64,000 nt of DNA from a virus: the IMG/VR virus record IMGVR_UViG_3300034358_000044, positions 64,001-128,000 of that record. One strand, written 5' to 3'. A program made the translations under genes and the position numbers. Below the pieces are notes generated by a model. It saw only the letters and a program-made list of their open reading frames with translations. It was not told where the DNA came from and ran no database searches. Below are positions 35,181 through 43,578 of the stretch, one piece after another; within the stretch, counting starts at the first letter, position 1, and each line of letters opens with the position of its first letter.

Positions 35181-35491
35181 TGCACTCCCTCAGCATTCGG
35201 AGAGAAGCAAACAGCATGACGACCTTCGGAGCAGCCGTAGGTGGGGCAGTGGCCATTGCAGCCGGGCAACTGACTCCTCGTGACGCTGAAGTGGTCGTAG
35301 ATGTGCTTCTCTAGCAGCTTTCTGGTTTCGATGGTTCCTGAAACGTACTCAGGAGCCATATTCACGGTGCCAGCTACCAGCCCTAGTAGGGTTTCGCGTG
35401 GAATGCCCCTACGAAGGAGTCCCAGACCCTGCTTTCGGGCAATGCCCAGAAGCTCGGTCTCGTTGCAGTGCTGCAGGATGGTGTCATCCAT
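35177..35491 (-). CDS. Hypothetical protein with C-terminal Cys cluster
   Basis: ATG 35491; CNGHCPTYGC...C. Confidence 0.65.
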   Translation of the reverse strand: MDDTILQHCNETELLGIARKQGLGLLRRGIPRETLLGLVAGTVNMAPEYVSGTIETRKLLEKHIYDHFSVTRSQLPGCNGHCPTYGCSEGRHAVCFSPNAEGVQ

Positions 35492-35951
35492 CTTTGTCCT
35501 CCAGCATCTCCTTGCGGAGGCGATGCCAACGTCCGTACCATCCTGGCGTAGATTTGTCTGCCCCGATGGAGGAAATGTGCTTCCTGGAGGGACAGCTCGG
35601 GCAGAACTCGAACGGAGCCCGTTCACAGGTTGCCACCTCCACTGAGACGTAACCATCAGGGCTTTGTCCCATGAAGCGCCCTGCAGCGTTCTCCCATCGT
35701 GGGCAGGAAACGAGCTCGTACCGCTGTTCCTTGGCGGTATTGAAGATGAGCTCGAAGGAGGAGTGAGGGCAGTAGGGGCAGGCAGCGTAGGGCTGAGCGA
35801 GGCACACCACCCGATTCTGGCTCTGGATGATGTTTCGGTCCTCCAGGTTCGGCCTGCACTCCACGGTCAGGTCGTTCTTGGACTTGCCCAGCGCCACCTC
35901 ATCTTCTTGTTCAACTTTCTGCACCAATGAAACGTAATCGTAGAAGTTCAT
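35484..35951 (-). CDS. Cys-rich hypothetical protein (duplicated CxxxxxxxCxxCP motif)
   Basis: CLAQPYAACPYCP and CERAPFEFCPSCP. Confidence 0.7.
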   Translation of the reverse strand: MNFYDYVSLVQKVEQEDEVALGKSKNDLTVECRPNLEDRNIIQSQNRVVCLAQPYAACPYCPHSSFELIFNTAKEQRYELVSCPRWENAAGRFMGQSPDGYVSVEVATCERAPFEFCPSCPSRKHISSIGADKSTPGWYGRWHRLRKEMLEDKDG

Positions 35952-35952
35952 G

Positions 35953-36411
35953 TCATCTCTCCAGAACCTCCTTTGGAATTCCGAATTGGGAGGGGTCTAC
36001 TTCGTGGATGAAGATCTCAATCCTGGGGTCTCTTGGGTCCATGTGCTTCTCTTGGGCCGCAATGAAGGTCTGCGAGTCGTCGATGGCGATCGCATCCCTG
36101 ATGCAGTCTTCAAGAAGCTTTATGCGATTCGTGAGGTCAAATCTCTTATACCGAGACTTTGCCCGTTTTGAGAGAGGCACTCTGGGGTTGTTGTACGACT
36201 CGTTCACCACCGTCTCAAAGTAGAAGTGGAGGTGAACGGCGTAGAGTGCATCAGGATTGAGCTGGTTGATGGCCGGTAGGTACTCACGGCCAATCACCAT
36301 GGCGAACCGCTCAGCGTACTCCCTCGCCACCTTCGTCAGGATTGTACCTTTGAAGAACAGCTTGTTCGAGCTGGGCGGAATTTCTCGATACACCATCCTG
36401 AGAACATTCAC
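35953..36411 (-). CDS. rusA: RusA-like Holliday junction resolvase
   Basis: PPSSN...DLTNRIKLLEDCIRDAIAIDDSQ...DPRDPRIEI. Confidence 0.8.
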   Translation of the reverse strand: MNVLRMVYREIPPSSNKLFFKGTILTKVAREYAERFAMVIGREYLPAINQLNPDALYAVHLHFYFETVVNESYNNPRVPLSKRAKSRYKRFDLTNRIKLLEDCIRDAIAIDDSQTFIAAQEKHMDPRDPRIEIFIHEVDPSQFGIPKEVLER

Positions 36412-37103
36412 TTGAGCTCGATTCGTTCTGGCGGCTCTTCGTTCTCCTTGGCGATGGTGGGGACGTGCTTCGCCATCCACTCCATCGGCAAGTCGATTCC
36501 CTCACAGGCATCCAGGATGGTGAAGTGTTCCTCATCCTTGCTGATGGTCGCCATGCAGTGAAGGAGGACATGGGGGAGAGGGCCGACGAACAGTTCCTCG
36601 AAGTTGAGCTCGATGGCGACGGCCTTGCTGATGTCCCAGATGTGGGCTTCTGCTTCACGCAGGTCCAGAGCCCGGGTCCTGACTTCCGGGGGAGCCAGGT
36701 GGGAGCAGTGGTCAGGTGGAGTGTCCACGAGGTGGTAGCGGCAGCAGGAAGGCCTGTCGTCGTAGACGGAGCAGGTCTTCTCGGCCGTCAGGAGGGCACA
36801 GGGGATGCCCTTCTTGAAGTAGGTCGACCGGTTGACCCCTTCGAACTGGGTTTCCAGGGCCATGGCCCTGAGCTTGGGGAGCAGCTTCTCCCACTCCCCC
36901 GACATGAGGATCCGTTCAGCCAGAACGAGTCCTTCGACCAGGGTGATGGTGGCCAGGAGGTGGCAGCAGTGAGCACACCCCTTGGTGCAGGAGGGCTTGA
37001 ACTGGTCCTTCTTCTGCTCCAACAACTCTTCTACGAAAGAGTCTACTTGCTTGTAGACCTTTCGAATCTCATCCGTAACTGTAGTCTTCTCTTCATCAGC
37101 CAC
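36408..37103 (-). CDS. YkgJ-family CxxxCxxCC Fe-S/Zn cluster protein
   Basis: SCTKGCAHCC...CALL...CSVYDDRPSCCR. Confidence 0.85.
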   Translation of the reverse strand: MADEEKTTVTDEIRKVYKQVDSFVEELLEQKKDQFKPSCTKGCAHCCHLLATITLVEGLVLAERILMSGEWEKLLPKLRAMALETQFEGVNRSTYFKKGIPCALLTAEKTCSVYDDRPSCCRYHLVDTPPDHCSHLAPPEVRTRALDLREAEAHIWDISKAVAIELNFEELFVGPLPHVLLHCMATISKDEEHFTILDACEGIDLPMEWMAKHVPTIAKENEEPPERIELK

Positions 37104-37111
37104 AATCCCTC

Positions 37112-38092
37112 CTAGAGGATTTCCTTACCGCCCTTGAGAATCTTCTTCTCGAACTCTTCCAGCCTCGTGCCGGAGAGGCCGACCGACTTGCCAGCCTCAT
37201 TGGCGTTGAACTTCGAACTCAGGAGCAGCCGAAGAGCCCCCATCTCCTTCTTGGAGAAGTGGACCCCATAGAGGTCGTACTCCTCGTACAGCACCCATGT
37301 CTTGGGCCACACCGCCGCGATGACGTTGCCGATCATGTTGGCGTACTGCCGAATCTCCCACTGCGCACCTGGGCGCATGCGGAGGTTGCAGAAGGCCAGC
37401 CAGTTCCTCACGTCCGTCTTCGCCCTCATCCTGGAGTAGCGGGAGACTGGGGTGTTGAGGCGGGCGACTTCCTTGGCGATGCCGTTGCTCACCCAGGAGT
37501 CGTACGTCTCATAGACGTCGTCCTGTTGCCGGGCGAGCTCAGACAGAACCTGGGCGCTGACCCCATCACCGACTGCTTCAGCACTTCCCTGCTTGTTGGA
37601 GGTGCTCTGCTTCTGGATTCGACCTCTCTCCGGCAGGTAGTGGAGATTCGGCATCTGGGTGTAGCGCGCCGACATCTCATTGTAGCTCTGGGTCCGGTGG
37701 CGGTGCCACTCACGGAAGACCATGATGGGCGCCTGCACCTCGATGGTGAGCTCGCACATCTCGAAGGGCGTGGCGTGCTTGTTCCTCCACAGGTTGTCGA
37801 GGAGCGCCAGGTCGCCATTGGGGTAGATGGTCATCTTGTGGCTGGGGCCACACTCCAGCCTCCAGGTTTCCTGCTTGCGCTCTTCGTCCATCAACTGGAC
37901 CTTGCCGCAGGAGTCACAGCGCTCGTAGGGCTTCCAGGAGATGAACCCCTTGTTGGTGCTCATCCGGGCAGCTTCGACGAAGGTCTCGTCGCTGCCCATC
38001 ACGTCCACGACCTTGATGTACCCATGGTCGAGAACCTGGAACTGCCAAGTCTTCAGTTCTTCAATGCTCTGGGCGTCCAGTGGCATCTTCAT
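37112..38092 (-). CDS. thyX: FAD-dependent thymidylate synthase
   Basis: HATPFE, EWHRHRTQSYNEMSARY, AKEVAR, RNWLAFCNLR...AQWEIR. Confidence 0.95.
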   Translation of the reverse strand: MKMPLDAQSIEELKTWQFQVLDHGYIKVVDVMGSDETFVEAARMSTNKGFISWKPYERCDSCGKVQLMDEERKQETWRLECGPSHKMTIYPNGDLALLDNLWRNKHATPFEMCELTIEVQAPIMVFREWHRHRTQSYNEMSARYTQMPNLHYLPERGRIQKQSTSNKQGSAEAVGDGVSAQVLSELARQQDDVYETYDSWVSNGIAKEVARLNTPVSRYSRMRAKTDVRNWLAFCNLRMRPGAQWEIRQYANMIGNVIAAVWPKTWVLYEEYDLYGVHFSKKEMGALRLLLSSKFNANEAGKSVGLSGTRLEEFEKKILKGGKEIL

Positions 38093-38099
38093 TGTTTCC

Positions 38100-38759
38100 T
38101 CATGGAGCGAGTCGCAGAATGTTATTGCCGTTGTACCGCTTCATGAACTTGTCGATGTCCTGACGGTAGTAGTCCAGGCCTTCTCGGACCTGAAGAATCC
38201 CGTCAAGCTCCATGTCGGTGATGGTCTTCTGCTCTTCTTCAGAGGAGTGACCGACGATTCCCACATGCCCGTTCCTCCCGTTCCTCTTCAGTCGAACGAC
38301 CTTCGCCGCCATCTTGTGGAGCCCACTGACTTCATTCTTGAAGCGTACGTCTGGGCACACCACTCCATGTGGTTGAGACCCGACAAGCCTTCGGAGAGAA
38401 GAGGTTGGTCGGAGCCCCTTGGTGCGTGAGTAGGAGTAGCTCCCAGACAGGACTGCGTGAGCATGCCGGGAGAAGAGGTCTACCCACGTGTCCGGGTACA
38501 GATTCCTTATCACTTCGGTGCCGATGATTTGGCACGCGACCCGAGGAGTCATAAAGCCCTTCCCGGGGATAGGATACCTGAGGTCGGGCTGCTCCTTCCG
38601 TACACCCCAGAGCTGCTCCTCCGTCATGTCGTAGAGCTCCATCGCCATCCGCTTGATGGGATCTGCGAGTGCGATGCGGACGTAGCCGTACTTCTCGACC
38701 AGGTGGTCCGCGAAGACGTCCTTGCCGGAACCTGCCTGCCCCATGATGCCGAGAATCAT
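38100..38759 (-). CDS. Deoxynucleoside monophosphate kinase
   Basis: ILGIMGQAGSGKD, LADPIK, PRVACQIIGTE, DVRFKNE, HSSE. Confidence 0.9.
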   Translation of the reverse strand: MILGIMGQAGSGKDVFADHLVEKYGYVRIALADPIKRMAMELYDMTEEQLWGVRKEQPDLRYPIPGKGFMTPRVACQIIGTEVIRNLYPDTWVDLFSRHAHAVLSGSYSYSRTKGLRPTSSLRRLVGSQPHGVVCPDVRFKNEVSGLHKMAAKVVRLKRNGRNGHVGIVGHSSEEEQKTITDMELDGILQVREGLDYYRQDIDKFMKRYNGNNILRLAP

Positions 38760-38762
38760 TCG

Positions 38763-38993
38763 CTACCTCTTCTTGAGTCTGGAAGGAACCTCGTTGGACA
38801 GCTCTGGAGGAAAGCCAAGTGCTTTCCGCACCATGTTGGCGCCCGAGGCGGCGAAGTTGCAGTCCGCGATGGTACGCCCATAGGAAACGGTATGTGTGGT
38901 GCCCGTTTCCTTTTCCCAGGTCACCATGATGACAACATCCTGCCCATACTTCTCAGCGATGTCTTTCGCTGCTTTGATTGGCATCTTCTTCAT
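38763..38993 (-). CDS. Hypothetical protein
   Basis: MKKMPIKAAKDIAEKYG...; tightly packed. Confidence 0.65.
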   Translation of the reverse strand: MKKMPIKAAKDIAEKYGQDVVIMVTWEKETGTTHTVSYGRTIADCNFAASGANMVRKALGFPPELSNEVPSRLKKR

Positions 38994-38995
38994 CA

Positions 38996-39604
38996 CTACC
39001 TCTGGGGTCTGTTGAAGTGCCGGGCGCCCTGTGGTGGTCCTTGGATGCCGGCGACGTTGTGGTCCCGCTTCATCCTCTCGATTTCCTGTCCGCGCTGCGT
39101 GATGCGCCGGGAGACAGTTTCCCAATTCCTCTGGGCTTGCTCACGGATGGTGCGGGTGAGGCGGTAGACGCTCTCAGAGTAGATGACCTTTGCTTGGGCA
39201 TCAACAACGCGAGAGTCGGTGATGACGAGGTCTGTCTTGTCCCGGTCAGTGAGCCGCCCCTCACTGAGGGACTTGATGCCGATGCGGACTCGGGCGTAGA
39301 TGAACTCGAACTGCCCCTTGGCCGAGTCCACCAATGCCTGGGCCTTCGCCAGCTCACTCTCGACGTAGCCCGTGTACTGGCTCAGGTTGTTGAGAAGGTC
39401 TCCGAGATCATCATCCCCGAGGCCTGTCAGGTCTTGAGGCATCTCCCCACGATAGCCGCTGTTCGGCAGTGAGGGGGCCATGATGCCCCTCGACTGCACC
39501 TGTGCCAGAGCGTCCTGATAGACGTCCAGCCGTTTTGCTCCTGTGTCCAAGTCCTCTGGAGGACGGAGTTCAATCGCCCCCAGAGTGCCACTTCCTTTGG
39601 CCAT
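38996..39604 (-). CDS. Helical/coiled-coil hypothetical protein
   Basis: ATG 39604 with GGAGG. Confidence 0.7.
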   Translation of the reverse strand: MAKGSGTLGAIELRPPEDLDTGAKRLDVYQDALAQVQSRGIMAPSLPNSGYRGEMPQDLTGLGDDDLGDLLNNLSQYTGYVESELAKAQALVDSAKGQFEFIYARVRIGIKSLSEGRLTDRDKTDLVITDSRVVDAQAKVIYSESVYRLTRTIREQAQRNWETVSRRITQRGQEIERMKRDHNVAGIQGPPQGARHFNRPQR

Positions 39605-39606
39605 GC

Positions 39607-40473
39607 TTACCTCCTTGCAGCTTGCGCTTGCTTTGCAGCAGGGCACCCGTAGACGTAGGCGCAGTCTCTGCAGTGGAACCCAACTTCACCTGGGGGCGGA
39701 GTGCCCGAGTCGTAGAAGCTCTTGATGAGGGCAGCCTTGGTGTAGAGCTGCTCCCAGAGAGGCGGCTCGAACTCCACTGGGAAGTCCAGCAGGTTCGAGT
39801 CGTTCTTGTTCATGTAGAGGTAGACGATGACGGGGCGATCGAGAGCTGCCCCGTAGAGCATCGCCTGCTGCTTGTGCTCGGGTTTCGGCCTCTTCAGCTT
39901 GTCGAAAATGTTCGAGTTGCAGGTCTTGTACTCGTGGACGAGCCCAATCTCGTAGAGGGGGTGGCCCTCGATGTCGATGGTGAGGACGTTGTCCGCATCG
40001 GCATGCCCCTCCAACATGAGCTGCTCAGCGAGCTGCTGGAACTTCCCGCTGACCTCTACTTCCTTTCGATAAATCGGACCCCAAGCTCCGGCCTCCCCGT
40101 ATGACTGGAACATGTGGTGGACAGCATGGCCCAGGTCGAAGAGGAGGCGCATTCTGGGCTCCACTCTCTGTGCCCCTGGTGCTCCAACCATGTCGTTGTA
40201 GACCTTGAGGAGACAGGGGTGCCCGATTTGAGAAGGGTGAAGTCCGTCGTACCTGGGCTCCAGGAGGACGTATCCAGGGTACTCGCTGTCGCTGCACTTA
40301 CGGCACCGTACCCATTTGGCTTCGAGGAGCTCATTGTCCCTCTTGTTCTGCGCTTCGAGGTGGCGGTACAGCCTGTCCTTCAGCTTGATGTTCTGAAGCA
40401 AGAAGGAGCGCAGCTCCACACTCTGGGCAAGCCACTGTTGAGTGGTGTGGAGCTGCACGATGGGGCGAGTCAT
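39607..40473 (-). CDS. Cas4-like PD-(D/E)xK exonuclease
   Basis: LHPSQIGHPC, GHAVH, GHADAD, HEYKT, QQAMLY, C-terminal CRDCAYVYGC. Confidence 0.8.
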   Translation of the reverse strand: MTRPIVQLHTTQQWLAQSVELRSFLLQNIKLKDRLYRHLEAQNKRDNELLEAKWVRCRKCSDSEYPGYVLLEPRYDGLHPSQIGHPCLLKVYNDMVGAPGAQRVEPRMRLLFDLGHAVHHMFQSYGEAGAWGPIYRKEVEVSGKFQQLAEQLMLEGHADADNVLTIDIEGHPLYEIGLVHEYKTCNSNIFDKLKRPKPEHKQQAMLYGAALDRPVIVYLYMNKNDSNLLDFPVEFEPPLWEQLYTKAALIKSFYDSGTPPPGEVGFHCRDCAYVYGCPAAKQAQAARR

Positions 40474-40982
40474 TCCTGCGTCTCCATGTAGGCCTGTCGG
40501 ACTTCGAGGTACGTCTGCCAGAGAATGATGGCGTACATCCTCAGCGGGGAATCGTCCTTGAATGAAACGACGCAGGAGCTTCTGGCTCTGTAGTCGTCCT
40601 TCTTGATGACGAAGGTCTTTCCCGCTGACTTGAGGGCGAAGTCGAATACGGCGTCGTGATGTATATGCATGTCCTGAAACACACCGTAGTCGAGGACGGC
40701 CAGCTTCTTCGACTGACCTCCAGCCCCAACGAACTCGACCTGCATCACCCAGCCCTCGCCCCCACCCTTCAGGGCCTCCAGAGCTATCTTCTCCAGGTCT
40801 GCCTTCTTGAGGGTGTAGGAGTCGCTCTTGGTGAACTTACACTCTCCACGGATGTTACCCATGGAGCGAAAGTCCCCCTTGGCGAAACCGCTGGACCCAC
40901 TCCCGCTCTGCATCTGCCCGCCAACATCACGGGCAGCGCGCTTCTCCTGAAGCCTGCTCCTGCGCTGCGAGTAGCTCTTCAT
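40470..40982 (-). CDS. PD-(D/E)xK nuclease (resolvase-like)
   Basis: QEKRAA...SGS...KGD...ECKFT. Confidence 0.65.
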   Translation of the reverse strand: MKSYSQRRSRLQEKRAARDVGGQMQSGSGSSGFAKGDFRSMGNIRGECKFTKSDSYTLKKADLEKIALEALKGGGEGWVMQVEFVGAGGQSKKLAVLDYGVFQDMHIHHDAVFDFALKSAGKTFVIKKDDYRARSSCVVSFKDDSPLRMYAIILWQTYLEVRQAYMETQE

Positions 40983-40985
40983 CGG

Positions 40986-42293
40986 TCACTTCCAGTTCTT
41001 GTAGTCCATGTCGATTTTCTGCTTCTTGAAGCACTGGTCTCGGATGAAGTCCATGAGGGACTCTTCCTTCTTCTGGGCGGATTCGATGACATCGTCGGCC
41101 AAGGCCTGGCAGAACTTGTCAGCCCCCTGAGCTCTCATCAGGAACTCCTTGGGGTTCTCTGGATCGGGAATGCCGAGCCAGGCACCAGAAGCCTCGATGA
41201 CTCCGTTCTGCACTCCAGCTACAAGAGCATCACGGTAGAAGTCGGCGCTGTTGTTGCTGAACAGGTAGTTGAAGGCTCCTCGTGCTCCTTCGTGGATACC
41301 TGCCTTGCCCTTCTCGATCTTCCAGTTGACTTCCTTGCCGACCGACATGAACTTCTGAGTCGTTCCGCCAGGGCCGTAGACGGGGACGTAGCCCCCGAGC
41401 TGCTTCCCGCTGGAGATGTACAGGTCCACGAACTTGGCGTGCTCCAGTGCGTGGCCACCGGTCGTCCTGTACCCCTTGCCAGTCTTGTCCCCGATGTCGT
41501 CGCGTACCTGGTTGATGACGATGATGCAGGTGTCCCGGGTGCGCCCGTACTGGTCCCTGATGGTGAGGAGCGAGGACAGCTTCCTCATGAACTGGGTGAT
41601 GGGCTTGGCAGCGCCGCCGTACACCTTCTCTGTCATCGACTCCTGCTCGGACTCCTGCTCGGATTCGATGCCTCCGATGCTGTCCAGAACAATGAGGTGG
41701 TAGATGTTCTGCTCGACTGCAGCCAGGATGATGTCGAAGAGGAGCTCGGCACTCTCAGCATGAGTCTCGTGAATCTCCCCGACCTGATGGCGCATCTCCA
41801 TCATCTCTTGGTTAGTGTATGGAGGCCACCCATTGGCTTGACGACCGGCGTTCATTCGCTCGATGTCTTCATCCGCCAGAGCCACCCTCACCCCAGCAAG
41901 ACGTCCCTGGGTCTTGTCGGCGCGCATCTCGTTCATCGCCAGCAGGGTCATCATCTTGTTCCCCAGGATGCTCTGGAGCTGTCGAATGACCTGCCAGTAG
42001 ACGTAGCTCTTGCCTGCGTTCTTCGGTCCTACGAGCTGGGAGACTCCACTGGAGGGGAAGCCACCACGGAGCTCTAGGTCCAGAGTCAGGAGCCCTGTGG
42101 GGAGCCGCTTGGTGATGTACGGCATGGAGAGCTCTGAGGCAGGGCAAATCTCCGCCCTGCCGTGCATCTTCTTGTTGAACTCCTCCATGAGGGACTGCGC
42201 GAGTTCGTTACGGGACGGAGCGTCATCATCAGAGCTGCTCTTGCGTTTGACTTTGGGCGCAGAAGTCTCTGCACCCTTCTTCTTAGATGCCAT
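40986..42293 (-). CDS. recA: RecA/UvsX recombinase
   Basis: PTGLLTLDLELRGGFP, GPKNAGKS, IVLDSI, INQVRD, TTGGHALEH. Confidence 0.92.
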   Translation of the reverse strand: MASKKKGAETSAPKVKRKSSSDDDAPSRNELAQSLMEEFNKKMHGRAEICPASELSMPYITKRLPTGLLTLDLELRGGFPSSGVSQLVGPKNAGKSYVYWQVIRQLQSILGNKMMTLLAMNEMRADKTQGRLAGVRVALADEDIERMNAGRQANGWPPYTNQEMMEMRHQVGEIHETHAESAELLFDIILAAVEQNIYHLIVLDSIGGIESEQESEQESMTEKVYGGAAKPITQFMRKLSSLLTIRDQYGRTRDTCIIVINQVRDDIGDKTGKGYRTTGGHALEHAKFVDLYISSGKQLGGYVPVYGPGGTTQKFMSVGKEVNWKIEKGKAGIHEGARGAFNYLFSNNSADFYRDALVAGVQNGVIEASGAWLGIPDPENPKEFLMRAQGADKFCQALADDVIESAQKKEESLMDFIRDQCFKKQKIDMDYKNWK

Positions 42294-42319
42294 TTCTTCT
42301 CCAGTTGTAGGAAGTCAGT

Positions 42320-42763
42320 TCACTTCTGAAGCGGATCCTTGACGCGCTTCTCCCACGGCTCGACGCCGCAGAACTTGCACTTCTTCGGCTCCTCCAACTT
42401 CGATCCGCACTGAGGGCAGAGCGATCCGACAGCACCTGTCTTGTTCATTCCATCGTCTTCGAGAACAACTCCGAGCTTTTCGATCATGTGCTCCTCCGGT
42501 GCTTCAGACAGCTTCGACCCAGGCACGAACGAGTAGTGCTGGAACCTGAGCGTCGTCCTGGGGGTCAGCTCTTTTCCAAAGGCGACTCCCCCGCGAGTCT
42601 TCCTCTGCGTGAAGCGGCCGAAGCTGGGAATCTTCACCTCGCCGCCACTGACGATGATGTGCGTCTCGATGCGATTGAAGGTGGCGTAGAGAATCTCCTT
42701 CACCACCTTCTTCGGCTGACCGGTCTTCTTTGCGACTGACTCCACCAATTCGATAAACGTCAT
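42320..42763 (-). CDS. HU/IHF-like DNA-binding protein with in-frame C-terminal Zn ribbon
   Basis: MTFIELVESVAKKTG...VKIPSFGRF; C-terminal CPQCGS...CKFCG. Confidence 0.75.
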   Translation of the reverse strand: MTFIELVESVAKKTGQPKKVVKEILYATFNRIETHIIVSGGEVKIPSFGRFTQRKTRGGVAFGKELTPRTTLRFQHYSFVPGSKLSEAPEEHMIEKLGVVLEDDGMNKTGAVGSLCPQCGSKLEEPKKCKFCGVEPWEKRVKDPLQK

Positions 42764-42789
42764 ACCACTCCTGTCAACGTGTGAGTGTA

Positions 42790-43539
42790 CTACTTCGCAG
42801 TGCCCCAAGTATGCCCCGAACCAAGACCGAGAGTAGCTTTGTAGTCGTTGAAGAGCTTCAAGCGTCTCTTGATGCCTTCTTTAGCCTTTCGGTCGATTCG
42901 CACAAACTTCCCGCTCTGGAAGATTGCCCAGCCCCTATGGATCATCATGTGGTGGGTAGGGCACAGAAGGTGGGTCTTGGACTGCTTGTTAGAGCCCTTC
43001 CTAGTAAACTCCTCGTGGTGTTCATCGAGGATGAGTGTTTCTCCACAGACCTCGCAAGCCCCACGAAGCCCTAGAAGGTTTTTGTAGACCCCCTTCAGTC
43101 TTCGGTGGGAATGCTTGTTTCCGTGCTCTTTGCAGCAGTACCTTTTCCCGCTACCTCCATTACCCCCAAAACCGGGTCTCCTACCTGGGTGAGTCATCCA
43201 AATCTTGTTGTCGCACTCAGGAAGAGCACAAAGAACAAGAGTTGAGATTACCCCCCGCTCCTCACGGGAGAAGTGTAACTTCATATGCTGTCTACAGCAG
43301 AATCGCCCCCTACCCATCGTAGATTGGAAGTCCTTACCGCACTCAGGAAGTTGGCACTTTTTCTGAATATCTACTCGGGTGGGGAATCCTCTACTCTTGA
43401 GCAGGTAGGCGATGTTCTCTGTGGTGGTCCCTCGTTTCTTGGCTAGTTCTTTCAGGGACCACCCTTTCTGGAGCAGCTTCCAAAGCTTCTCTATTTCACT
43501 CGTAGGAAGCTTGCTAGTGGACCACTGTTTGGGTCTCAT
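42790..43539 (-). CDS. HTH/Zn-finger HNH homing endonuclease-like protein
   Basis: N-terminal HTH, repeated C..PEC motifs, CEVCG...HH...LCPTHHMMIH; AT-richer than its flanks. Confidence 0.7.
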   Translation of the reverse strand: MRPKQWSTSKLPTSEIEKLWKLLQKGWSLKELAKKRGTTTENIAYLLKSRGFPTRVDIQKKCQLPECGKDFQSTMGRGRFCCRQHMKLHFSREERGVISTLVLCALPECDNKIWMTHPGRRPGFGGNGGSGKRYCCKEHGNKHSHRRLKGVYKNLLGLRGACEVCGETLILDEHHEEFTRKGSNKQSKTHLLCPTHHMMIHRGWAIFQSGKFVRIDRKAKEGIKRRLKLFNDYKATLGLGSGHTWGTAK

Positions 43540-43578
43540 ACTTCGTATTGTACCTCATTTCCCATCGTTGAAGAAGTC

